A program made the position numbers and the translations under genes. A stretch of 64,000 nucleotides of DNA from the NCBI RefSeq assembly GCF_032444005.1, contig NC_091283.1, positions 791,182,001 through 791,246,000 on the forward strand, read 5' to 3'. The DNA is from Ranitomeya imitator (taxonomy: Eukaryota). The notes under the pieces were generated by a model that did not search any database, was not told the DNA's origin, and worked only from the letters and a program-made list of their open reading frames with translations. Shown here in pieces: positions 11,774 through 22,250 of this stretch (positions within the stretch are counted from its first letter, which is position 1; each line of letters starts with the position of its first letter).

Positions 11774-14653
11774 GTGCAAGTGTTCCCCTCGTTCCCGGTA
11801 GAAGATGCCAGTATTAGGGAGAGATGGGAGCAATGCGCGAGTAAATGCTCTATGGGCTTCATGGAGATCCTTAAGGAGATGAATTCGGTCTCCATTAGAG
11901 AAATTGAGAGCGAAATTGATGCTCTGCAAACTTTAATTAAAAAGGATTTGTCTAGTGAAGCCCTAAGCAAATTTAATAATGAAGTGGAGGTTGAGGTCCA
12001 GAAATGGGTGGAGGATATACAGCAAATTAAGTCTAAGAAATTTCAACGAGACATCAACGACAAACAGACAAACAAGATGTATAAATGGAGAAGTGGGAAT
12101 GAACGATCTCGCCCATACTACAGGAATGAGTCAAGATCAAGGTCCCGATCTACATCCTATAAATCCTCCACATCCATGGATGGTAGGCATACATCTCAAA
12201 AGGGCACCCATGGAGGGGAGAAAGAGGACCCCCAAATTAGTGTAAGAATGACTACGAGACAAAACACCAAAAAGGGCCAAATGGGCAAACAATCGGACGG
12301 TCGAGGTCATCAAGGGGGGCTTCAGGTAATAAATTTGTCAAACCATGTCCTCTCTGAGAGCCAATTGAGTGTATTAAGTAGAGGCTTATCATTTTCACCT
12401 ACTAATGGGTTTAATTTTTTTACAGCCTTGAAAGATTTACACCTTTTCTCACGTAAATTGATTCTCAAAAAATTGCACTCAAGAGGTGGACAGGGATCAG
12501 ACGTTCTGGACTGCACTGAGGGGGAGGCCCTCCGGGTTTTGGAGGAGCTTTTGGAGGAGCAATCGGCTCCTGGAAAAGGTGAGTTCCCACCGGCTATTCT
12601 TCCTAAATCCACGAGGTTTCCCCCTTTGTCTTTGTGCCCCGCAGTGGAGGTGTTTACTAAATTAGTGATGGAGGATTTTAGGGAGCTCTCCACAAGGAGG
12701 CGTTTTGATAATCTTACATTTAAAGAAAGGGAGGCTATCAAACAGCTTCAGTCCCTTGGTGATGTGGTATTCAAGGCCGCAGACAAAGGGGGAAACATCG
12801 TGGTGTGGCCGGTGGAGATGTACGAAAAAGAGGCCTCTAAACAACTGCGTAATGCTAGCGTTTATTCCAGGCTTTCCCATAATCCGGTGGCCTCCTTCTC
12901 GGTGCAGTTACAGGTTATCCTTGACAGGGCCTTCGAGGAGGGAACAATTAGCAAGAAGGTTTTAGATGGTTTGAAGGTCAAATTCCCAAAAGTACCGACA
13001 TTTTACCTTCTTCCGAAAGTCCACAAAGACCGAGTCAACCCTCCGGGACGTCCTATTGTTTCTGGGATACAGGGGCTATGTGACCCGATATGTAAATTTG
13101 TTGATTTCTACCTTAAGAATCTGGTGGAAACACTTCCATCATTTGTCAAGGACACAACGGACGTCCTGGCGAGGGTTGACGGAGTCTCTGTGGACCAGGA
13201 CGTCCTATTGGTTACAGCGGACGTAGAGGCCCTGTATACGTGCATCGATCACACCGATGGACTACGGGCGGCCCGTTTTTTCCTGGAGGCCTCCGACCTG
13301 GACGGCCCATTGTGTGAGCTTATCCTCGAGCTGCTGGAATTCGTTCTGACGCATAATTTTTTTACTTTTAAAGATTGTTTTTATCATCAGAAACGCGGCG
13401 CAGCCATGGGGGCGGCCTGTGCGCCAGCTTACGCCAACCTCTTTCTGGGGTTTTGGGAGAGGTTGGTGTTTGGTGGTGCTGGGGGGGAGGCCGCCGACCA
13501 TGTGCTGTGCTGGTGGCGTTATATTGATGATGTTTTATTTTTATGGCGTGGAACGGAACAGCAGCTCGGGGATTTTATGACTGTGCTCAATACTAATACG
13601 TTTAATATCAGATTAACCTATAAGTGTGACCCCCGTGAGATTGACTTTCTGGACATACTCCTGAGGGTAGGGGATGATCAACTTATAGCGACAGAGGTTT
13701 TTCGAAAAACCACGGCGGTTAATGCTTTGGTTCATGCTACCTCAGGGCACAGTCAAGCCACAATTAGGGGCGTCCCGGTCGGACAATTCCTCCGGGTTAG
13801 GCGGATCTGCTCGGATGATCACACTTTTGAACGTCAGGCTAGTGATTTAAAAACACGTTTTGAACAGCGGGGATATAGCCATCGGTGTGTGAGATATGGG
13901 TATAACAGGGCCAAAAACACCCCACGTAATCGGTTGTTATATTCAAAAAAGGCAAAAGGGACAGATGAATCAATACGATTCATATCTGAATTCAATCACG
14001 AGTGGGACAGTATACGTACCATTTTGAATAAACATTGGCGGATTCTTAGCACTGAGCCCTCCTTGAGTCCCTTCCTGTCCGATCACCCTTTGATGACCCC
14101 GAGGAGGGCAAGAAATTTAAAAGATCTTCTGGTTAAGAGCCATTACGTGGCCCCTGTGACTTCTCCTTTCGGTTCAGTACACCGCACCTTGGGATGCTAC
14201 ACGTGTGGACACTGTGCTGCCTGCGCCAATATCCTGCGCAGTTCCTCATTCTCCTCAGCAGACGGCAAAAGAAATTTTGAAATTAGACATTTTATATCTT
14301 GCAGTAGCAAAAACGTTATCTATTATGCTACTTGCAGCTGTCATTTAATTTATATTGGCTTAACATCACGCGAGTTGAGAGTGAGGGTGAGGGAGCACGT
14401 GCGGGACATTGGCGCGGCCAGGACGGCAGAGGATGTCTCCCAATTAAAAACTATACCAAAACACTTTTATAAATATCATGATTGTAATCCGAGTGAGTTT
14501 ATGGTAAGGGGGATAGACCTTGTCCACACGGGCATACGAGGTGGCAATATCAAACAACTTCTTGCCCAACGAGAGCTTAGATGGATTGTGACTTTGGGCA
14601 CCACCAGACCAGGGGGCCTCAATGAAGCTCTTAATTTTGCCCCGTTCTTGTAG
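11774..14653 (+). CDS. Penelope-like RT / GIY-YIG endonuclease polyprotein (959 codons from a GTG; frame open back to the inversion junction at 11681; true start missing)
   Basis: PPGRPIVS, GAAMGAACAP and RYIDD RT motifs. Cys-rich linker CYTCGHCAAC. GIY-YIG-like VIYYATCSCHLIYIG...RVREH. No internal stops. Confidence 0.9.
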   Translation: MQVFPSFPVEDASIRERWEQCASKCSMGFMEILKEMNSVSIREIESEIDALQTLIKKDLSSEALSKFNNEVEVEVQKWVEDIQQIKSKKFQRDINDKQTNKMYKWRSGNERSRPYYRNESRSRSRSTSYKSSTSMDGRHTSQKGTHGGEKEDPQISVRMTTRQNTKKGQMGKQSDGRGHQGGLQVINLSNHVLSESQLSVLSRGLSFSPTNGFNFFTALKDLHLFSRKLILKKLHSRGGQGSDVLDCTEGEALRVLEELLEEQSAPGKGEFPPAILPKSTRFPPLSLCPAVEVFTKLVMEDFRELSTRRRFDNLTFKEREAIKQLQSLGDVVFKAADKGGNIVVWPVEMYEKEASKQLRNASVYSRLSHNPVASFSVQLQVILDRAFEEGTISKKVLDGLKVKFPKVPTFYLLPKVHKDRVNPPGRPIVSGIQGLCDPICKFVDFYLKNLVETLPSFVKDTTDVLARVDGVSVDQDVLLVTADVEALYTCIDHTDGLRAARFFLEASDLDGPLCELILELLEFVLTHNFFTFKDCFYHQKRGAAMGAACAPAYANLFLGFWERLVFGGAGGEAADHVLCWWRYIDDVLFLWRGTEQQLGDFMTVLNTNTFNIRLTYKCDPREIDFLDILLRVGDDQLIATEVFRKTTAVNALVHATSGHSQATIRGVPVGQFLRVRRICSDDHTFERQASDLKTRFEQRGYSHRCVRYGYNRAKNTPRNRLLYSKKAKGTDESIRFISEFNHEWDSIRTILNKHWRILSTEPSLSPFLSDHPLMTPRRARNLKDLLVKSHYVAPVTSPFGSVHRTLGCYTCGHCAACANILRSSSFSSADGKRNFEIRHFISCSSKNVIYYATCSCHLIYIGLTSRELRVRVREHVRDIGAARTAEDVSQLKTIPKHFYKYHDCNPSEFMVRGIDLVHTGIRGGNIKQLLAQRELRWIVTLGTTRPGGLNEALNFAPFL

Positions 14654-15116
14654 CCCATAGTTAGATCTGTTTCTCCCCTTTGTTATAAGGTGTCTGCTTC
14701 ACCTTTTTTATGTTCTTTTTAAATATTGTGTGTAACTTGTGCCTTTTTCCTGTTTATTATAGTCTTCTATATGATGCCCTTCGTATCCTCTGAATACTTC
14801 AACCACACACCGGCATGCAGAAGCTTCTCCTACAGATCTATTATGTGTTCTCTATATTATTGGATACTGTGTTTATGTATATTGTCATGTGATAGCAGTT
14901 TTGGGTCTTTATACTGTCATTGTATTTGTATCGGTACTGGTATTATATGTTATGCCTTCTGCGGTGGTGGGGTTTGGGTCTGCAGTGCGCGTGCGGACTT
15001 TCCCTCCTGGCTCCGCCCCTCCTTGGTCCGGCCGCTTGGCGTCCTCGGCCGGTGACTGGGTGTCATGGTTACTCCATGCTCCCATTCACTCGGCGTTGGA
15101 GGCTGGCCGGGCGGGG

Positions 15117-15730
15117 TGGTTGCGGCGCCGGGGGTTATTGACGCATGCGCCGTGTATTGGCAGTCCCTGCTGATTTCCGGGTCACGTGCTCCTCATGTGA
15201 CCGGAAACAGTGGATATAAGGCTTGTTGTGGTGGAGTACGGACACTTCCCCTTGAGAAAGCTAACAGATCGCTGGAGCGAAACGTGCGTCGGGGGTCTCG
15301 CCTAACGTTATCCATCTCTATACCGGGGTAAGAGGGACCACTGGAGATTATCTGTACTGCTTTCCTTACGCCAGTGGCAGTTATATTACTGGCAGTCTGG
15401 TAGATCTCTTGTTAGTATGCCCTGGACTTTGGATCGCTTTTAGGATAGTACTATTCAGCGCTACTTGTGCTGCTATCCTGTACCTCATATGTACTTCTGT
15501 GAGGTTTATGGCTTACATTGACCCATTGTCCATATAGGCACACGGTCTTTTCCTCTACCGTTTGTGTATATCACATTACTCCTTGGATTAGATGGGGGAT
15601 AGGGATGGTTCTTAGTGTCCTTATTTTATTTCTATGTGTGTATTTGTTAGTATGTGTTTGTTAGTATCTTAATAAAATTTTGTAGTTTTTATACTTTATA
15701 TCTGTAAGCTCCTTTTTTTCTCCTGTATTA
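15117..15730 (+). repeat. PLE1 3' pseudo-LTR region (614 bp)
   Basis: Partner of 11068-11681. Contains the hammerhead-like motif and AATAAA. Confidence 0.9.
15247..15295 (+). ncRNA. Minimal type-I hammerhead ribozyme-like motif, U3-A8 variant
   Basis: CCCC-TTGAGAA-A-GC(15 nt)GC-GAAAC-GTGC-GTC-GGGG. Stem I is CCCC/GGGG, with a GUC cleavage triplet. The C3-G8 pair is replaced by U3-A8. Confidence 0.65.
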
Positions 15731-15828
15731 GATATTGCCGTTTGGAGCAGGATTTGGTAGTGCTCAGGACATGGTTTCTGGACACTCTACAATATGAGCC
15801 TGGGTTTATGTATATTAATCATAACATT

Positions 15829-16600
15829 GCAGGAAATAAATGGATATCCCGGTTTATATCCGCTTGTGAAAGATCAAAACCAATTAACATTCCTCGGGTT
15901 CCTCAGTGGGATCTTTCGATAGTTTTAAATGCATTAACACAACCACCTTTTGAGCCTCTCCATACAGCCTCACTAAAGAATATTTCTTTGAAGACAGTTT
16001 TGTTAGTGGCGTTAGTCTCTGAGAAGAGTGAGCGATCTCCATGCATTATCTATAGATCCTCCCTTTTTAACGGTAACATCAGATAGGATACTTTTAAAAA
16101 CAGATCCTTGTTATCTCCCTAAGGTGGCTTCTACCTTTCATAGATCCCAGGAGATCTTGTTACCCACCTTTTATGAGAACCACTCAACTCCAGAAGAAGA
16201 AAGACTTCACACCCTAGATGTAAAAAGGTCTGTCCTAGCCTATTTAGAGAGAACTAGGGACTGGAGGAAGAGTAGGGCTCTCTTTGTGTCTTTCCAGGGT
16301 AAAACCAAGGGTGCCGGAGTCACAAAGAACACATTATCTCGCTGGATCAGAGAGGCCATAATCTTGGCGTATAAAGCTGGAGGGAAAGATCCTCCAATGC
16401 ATGTGGGAGCGCACTCTACAAGAGCCTTGTCGACTTCCTGGGCAGAAAGGGCGAATGTGCCAATAGACCTTATATGTAAGGCTGCAACTTGGTCTTCACC
16501 AAATACCTTCTATAAGCATTATAGATTAGATCTATCCTCTGCTTCTGATCTAACTTTTGGTGTATCGGTCCTTGACTCAGTAAACCCACCCAGTCTATAG
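15829..16600 (+). pseudogene. DIRS-B tyrosine recombinase, catalytic part (one frameshift near 16020)
   Basis: Continues NHNI|AGNKW in frame across the TSD. RVSDL (Arg), AHSTR (HxxR) and TFYKHY (Tyr) motifs present. Confidence 0.88.
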
Positions 16601-16610
16601 TCTCTGCAAT

Positions 16611-16696
16611 TCTCTCTAGTGGGTGCTGTCGTGGCGAATAGAAAATACCGGATTACGTACCGGTAATGCTCTTTTATAGAGCCCACGACAGCACCC
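16611..16696. other. DIRS-B internal complementary region (ICR)
   Basis: TAGTGGGTGCTGTCGTGGCGAATAGAAA is complementary to the left terminus. It is fused to ATACCGGATTACGTACCGGTAATGCTC..., complementary to the right terminus. Confidence 0.9.
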
Positions 16697-16802
16697 GTTC
16701 ACATCCCTCCCTTTTCTGTATATATTTGCACATGGTGCTTGTTTGGTGAGATGTAAATATTAGAAAGATGTAGCATGAAGTTGTAAATATGTGTATATAT
16801 AT

Positions 16803-17843
16803 AATGACATACCAGAACTGACCATATATTATGACCATATTAAAGGGAAAACTCGAAAAAGCTATAAAGAAAACATGAGAAAACCAAGAGTCTTTAAATC
16901 CTAAAGTATAAACAAATACTAATAATAATGAAAAAATGTCCAAGAAAAATAATAACTATCAAAATATCTTTAATAATACTGCAAAAACACACAAAGGACA
17001 TAAAAGAGACATACAATACAATACAAAAAGATTATATAATTGGATAGGTCTAATGAACAATAATGCAAACTGGCGGAGGGTAATCAATTTCACATAAGAG
17101 GGAGAGCAAGGTACTCAAAAAAATATATATACAATCAATCCCAGCAATAATATATGTAAGCTGGAAAGCACAAGTGTGCATAGATACTGAAACAAAAGAG
17201 TGACCATACACTAACCCTCATATCATGTGGGAAAGACACACCAGGGATCACAGGGGCCACTCTATAATAGTATAAGCCATGTGGCAGGGAGATCAAACCC
17301 CCATGACTCACAGGGTACCTGTGCGGTGGGTGTTCGGCTTCTCGTGGTAAGACACATGCAACTTTGTACATATGCGTACTATTGGCACTTTTATTCGGGG
17401 AGTCATGGGGGTTTGATCTCCCTGCCACATGGCTTATACTATTATAGAGTGGCCCCTGTGATCCCTGGTGTGTCTTTCCCACATGATATGAGGGTTAGTG
17501 TATGGTCACTCTTTTGTTTCAGTATCTATGCACACTTGTGCTTTCCAGCTTACATATATTATTGCTGGGATTGATTGTATATATATTTTTTTGAGTACCT
17601 TGCTCTCCCTCTTATGTGAAATTGATTACCCTCCGCCAGTTTGCATTATTGTTCATTAGACCTATCCAATTATATAATCTTTTTGTATTGTATTGTATGT
17701 CTCTTTTATGTCCTTTGTGTGTTTTTGCAGTATTATTAAAGATATTTTGATAGTTATTATTTTTCTTGGACATTTTTTCATTATTATTAGTATTTGTTTA
17801 TACTTTAGGATTTAAAGACTCTTGGTTTTCTCATGTTTTCTTC
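16803..17843. mobile_element. PLE2: ORF-less Penelope-like 3' remnant forming a 443-bp-arm palindrome
   Basis: Arms 16867-17309 and 17400-17842, 90-bp spacer, 64-bp extension on the left. 14-bp TSD ATGTGTATATATAT (16789-16802, 17844-17857). PLE assignment rests on architecture only. Confidence 0.65.
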
Positions 17844-18057
17844 ATGTGTATATATATGTATATACTTGGACCTGTTAACTAAAACTTGGCGGCGGTTCCT
17901 CCTATTCTCTGTAAAACAACTGAGGAGCGAGGGGGGGCCGCCCCTTTTATCTCTCTGTAGGTTTCCTGTTCCTAGGGGCGGATCCCCTCTCTCTAGTGGG
18001 TGCTGTCGTGGGCTCTATAAAAGAGCATTACCGGTACGTAATCCGGTATTTTTTTTT

Positions 18058-19699
18058 CTTTCCCTTCATCTCTGGGAAAGGATTCTCAGGGGCCTTCCAA
18101 TCCGAATCCAGGCGGACAATGCCACGGTGGTGGCATATGTCAACCATCTAGGGGGGACTCGGAGTTTCTTGGCCTTGGCCGAAGTATCCAAGATCCTCCT
18201 CTGGGCAGAGTAAAACGGTTCCGGGGTTATCTGCGGTGCATATACCCGGCGTGGACAATTGGGCCGCCGACTTCCTCAGACGCAAGGGTCTCACGGCAGG
18301 GGAATGGTCCTTGCATCCGGAGGTCTTCCATCAGATTTGTCTTCGATGGGGGACTCCGGACATGGACCTCACGGCGTCTCGAATGAACAGGAAGGTTCCG
18401 CAGTTCGTCTCCAGGTCTCGCGATCCTCTTGCAGTGGGCGTCGACGCTCTGGCCATTCCTTGGTCACAGTTTGTGCTGCCCTACCTGTTCCCGCCCTTTC
18501 CGCTTTGATCTTTTTCAACAGTTTGGGAAGTAATGGAAGGGGTGCCGGTCATTCTGATCGCCCCGGTTTGGCCCAGGAGAGCTTGGTTCGCGGAGCTCGT
18601 CAATCTTCTCGCGGACGCTCCCTGGCGCCTTCCACACAGGCCCGATCTGCCACCCGAATTCTCGGTTGCTCAGTTCAACGGCGTTGCTGTTGGGACTGCA
18701 GTTCTAAGAGCGTCCGGTCTTTCGGACCGGGTGACTCACGCCATGATTCAGGCTCGGAAGCCTTCGTCTTCCAGGGCCTATTATCGTACCTGGAAGGTTT
18801 ACTTCTGTTGGTGCGAGTCCAACCGCGTTTCATCTATGTCCTTTTCCCTGCCTTCCATTTTGGCCTTCCTTCAGGCAGGACTGGGTTCAGGCCTAGCTCT
18901 TAGTTCCCTGAAGGGCCAAGTCTCTGCTCTTTCCATCCTTTTTCAGAAGACTTTTGCCTCCCGACCACAGGTTAAGACCTTCCTTCAAGGAGTAGCACAC
19001 GCTGTCCCTCTGTACAGGGCCCTTGTGGATTCATGGGATTTAAACCTGGTCCTGGACGTTCTGAGGGTTTCCCCCTTTGAGCCTCTCAGAACTGACATGG
19101 GAATCTCCCTATCTTGGAAGGTGGCCTTTCTTGTGGACAGTTCTTCTATCCGCCGCGTTTCCGAGTTGGCGGCCCTCTCTTGCCGTCCTCCGTTCTTGGT
19201 CATTCTCCAGGACAAGGTGGTCCTCAGGCCTCCGCCTTCCTTCCTTCCTAAGGTGGCGTTCTACCTTCTTTTTGTCCAGCTCCGACTCATCCCCTGGAGT
19301 GATCGTTGAACAAGCTGGACCTCGTCACGGCAGTGAGGATCTACCTGGATAGAACGTCCACTTTCCGGAAGACTGATTCTCTTTTCGTCATGCCTGATGG
19401 CACGCACAGAGGCCAATCGGCTTCTAAGGTGACTATTGCTCGCTGGATCAGAACGGCAATGCTGGAGGCTTAACGGGTCAAGAACAGAGTGCTCCCTCCT
19501 GGGATCAAGGCTCACTCTACCCGGGCTGTCGACGCCTCCTGGGCGGTGCACCACAGTGCTTCCGCCCTACAGCTTTGCAAAGCGGCAACCTGATCTTCCA
19601 TCCACATGTTCGCCAAAATTTACAAGGTCCATACCTACGCTTCGGCGGACGCCTGCCGAGGCGGAAGGATCTTGCAGGTGGCAGTGGTCAGTCCTCTGA
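18058..19699 (+). pseudogene. DIRS-A RNase H C-half, methyltransferase-like tail and tyrosine recombinase (disrupted)
   Basis: IQADNATVVAYVNH, YLFPPF, ARKPSSSRAYYRTW, RRVSELAAL and KAHSTR (~19507) motifs, with stops and frameshifts. Confidence 0.88.
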
Positions 19700-19747
19700 C
19701 CTGATGGAAGTCTGTTTTTCCCGCCCTGGGGACTGCTTTGGGACGTC

Positions 19748-19848
19748 CCATGGTTCCTGTGTCCCCCAATGAGAGGCGATAAAGAAAACAGGATTTTTGG
19801 TTGCTTACCGTAAAATCTGTTTCTTGGAGCCTCCATTGGGGGACACAG
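19748..19848. other. DIRS-A internal complementary region (ICR)
   Basis: CCATGGTTCCTGTGTCCCCCAATGAGAGGCGATAAAGAAA is complementary to the left end. It is joined to ACAGGATTTTTGGTTGCTTACCG..., complementary to the right end. Confidence 0.9.
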
Positions 19849-22250
19849 CACCCTCCCAATGTTTCTCAGTTCCTGTTGGTTGTTGTTCTATGACTGTCCT
19901 CACGTTTACAGTTCTTAAGTTTGTGGTTATGGTTTTCAACCTTGTTATTTTTTCTCCTACTGCTTTCTCACTAACTGAAGAGTATAATGCCAGTCGGTGG
20001 GGTGTACACTGCAGAGGAGGAGCTAACTTTTTTATTTGCATAGTGTCAGCCTCCTAGTGGCAGCAGCATACACCCCATGGTTCCTGTGTCCCCCAATGGA
20101 GGCTCCAAGAATCAGATTTTACGGTAAGCAACCAAAAATCCTGTTTTTGGAGAGCCCCTGATGTGCCTAAATAGTGGAAACCCCCAATTCTAACTGAAAC
20201 CCAAACACACCCCTAATCCCAACCGTAAATGTAATCCAAACCCTAACTTTAGCCTCAACCCTAATGGGAAAATGGAAATAAATACATTTTTAAAAATTTT
20301 ATCTTTCCCTAACTACGGGGGTGATGAAGGGGGGTTTGATTTACCTTTTTAGCGGATTTATATGATTGGCACATGTCACACACTAAAAGACGCTTTTTAT
20401 TGCAAAAAATAGTTTTTGCGTCTCAGCATTTTGATAGCTATAATTTTTCCATATTTTGGTCCACAGAGTCATGTGAGGTCTTGTTTTTTGTGGGACGAGT
20501 TGACGTTTTTATTGGTACCATTTTCGGGCACGTGACATTTTGTGATCGCTTTTTATTCCGATTTTTGTGAGGTAGAATGAACAAAAACCAGATATTCATG
20601 AATTTCTTTTGGGGGGGCGCTTATACCGTTCCACATTTTATTCTTCGGGTCAGTAGGATGACAGCAATACCTCATTTATATCATTTTTTTATGTTTTGGC
20701 ACTTTTATACCATAAAAACTAGCTTATATAAAAAATTATTATTTTTGCATCGCTTTATTCTGAGGACTATAACTTTTTTATTTTTTCGTTGATGACGCTG
20801 TACAGTGGCTCGTTTTTGTGGGACAAGATGACGTTTTCAGCGGTACCATGGTTATTTATATCCGTCTTTTTGATCGTGTGTTATTCCACTTTTTGTTTGG
20901 AGGTATGATAGTAAAGCGTCGTTTTTTGCCTCGTTTTTTACGGATGTGGCGATACTAAATATGTGTACTTTTATTGTTTTGTTTTCTTTAATTAGATAAA
21001 GAAATGTATTTATTGGAGCAATATTTTTTTTTCTTTATTTAGGAATTTTTTTTTTCTTTTTACACTTGTAAATATTTTTTTTTTACATTGCCCCGGGAGG
21101 GACATCACATTAAAATGACAGATCGCTGATCTGACACTTTGCAGTGCACTGTGTCAGATCAGCGATCACACAGGCACTGCAGGGAGGCTACCCGGCGCCT
21201 GATCTGAGCAGGCGCTTGAAAGCCACCTCCCGCAGCCATTTTGCATCCGGGCCTGCAGGGAGGGGGAGGTAGGAGACCCTCGGAGCAACGCGATCACATC
21301 GCGTTGCTCCGAAGGTCTCAGGGAAGCACACAGGGAGCCCCCTCCCTGCGCGATGCTTCCCTTTGCCGCCGGAACGCTGCGATCATGTTTGATCGCAGTG
21401 TTCCGGGGGTTAATGTGCCGGGAGCTGTCCTGGATGTCTGTAATAATCAGCTGACGCCCTCACGGGGGGAGCGCGGCTGATCGCCTATGGCGTACTATCC
21501 CGTCACTGGGAATTAAGTATCAGGTCACCTCGACGGGATAGTAGTTCATAGTGGATTAAGGGGTTAACAAACCTTTATATAATTGTGCAGTTTCCCTTAT
21601 TCTTGACCTGTTGTTGCATTTTTTACATGTGAATTCTCTGCATTTAATGTAATTATATGGGAAAAATCGGCACTAAAACTCAGCGCTGCCATACGAGAAA
21701 TCGACATGTTGTAGATTTCAAACACATTACAGGTCAGTTTTATGGTGTGTGTGTTAAAAAAACAAACAGTGGGGTGCGAGTTCTATGAATTGGGTTCATA
21801 CCAGAAACCTAGTGTCCAGTGCTGAACTCCAAACACTGTCTTTCCCAGACGTTTGTTTTCCTGTTCGGTTTGGTCCCAAATAAAGTTTGTGGAAAGGCTG
21901 CAGCCAATCAAAATGCTTTTAGGCTGTGGGCACTTCTGGAGCCATAACAGCCATGCCATGCACAACTCGTGAGCTGGCCTGTATAAACACCGGATCACAG
22001 ATGATGGGCGCCATTGTGCTTTGTCTTACATAGGGACGAGGAAGCTGCTCAAGTGAGGGACAGTGTGAAAAAAATAATTTTTAAAAACGGCTTGGGGTCC
22101 CCTGTATTTTTAATAGCCTTATAAAAAATTAAAAAGAAAGCGATCAAAAAATGTTGCATGCCAGAAAATCTCGTCCCACAAATAAAAAAGCCTTCACATG
22201 ACTCGGTCTGCAGAAATAGAAAAGTTATAGCTCTCAAAATATGTCAGTAA

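Larger units (their letters stand above)
11068..15814 (+). mobile_element. PLE1: Penelope-like retroelement (Neptune-like), 5'-truncated, with an inverted copy of its 3' region at the 5' end
   Basis: 14-bp TSD TTAATCATAACATT (11054-11067, 15815-15828). RT+GIY-YIG ORF. 614-bp inverted repeats and an 84-bp 3' tail. Confidence 0.93.
10458..18057 (+). mobile_element. DIRS-B: internally deleted (YR-only) DIRS element nested in the DIRS-A RNase H
   Basis: Left ITR TTTCTATTCGCCACGACAGCACCCACTAGAG is inverted at ~17905-18010, with its own ICR. Removing it restores DIRS-A ...LEIRAIF|LSLHLWERIL...IQADNATVVAY. Confidence 0.92.
6644..20148 (+). mobile_element. DIRS-A: decayed full-length DIRS1-type tyrosine-recombinase retrotransposon
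   Basis: Left ITR from 6644 (TTTCTTTATCGCCTCTCATTGGGGGACACAGG) is inverted at ~19960-20095. An internal complementary region is present, followed in order by gag-like, RT, RNase H, methyltransferase-like and YR remnants. No TSD; T-rich ends. Confidence 0.93.
5077..21563. mobile_element. piggyBac-type non-autonomous element (~3 kb when emptied), split by DIRS-A
   Basis: TTAA-CCCCTT at 5073 and AAGGGG-TTAA at 21558-21567. Three ~385-bp internal repeats (~5700-6640). The third repeat is cut at 6643 and resumes at ~20146 (TTTGGAGAGCCCCTGATGTG). TIR identity is short. Confidence 0.65.

Noticed and set aside
17135-17574. Mirror-image 115-aa ORF pair
   Set aside because: An artefact of the 443-bp palindrome; the same applies to the ORFs mirrored in the PLE1 inverted repeats.
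20195-20265. Interstitial telomere remnant (AACCCT-like repeats)
   Set aside because: Short and degenerate, and located inside the piggyBac-type element; no (TTAGGG)n tract.
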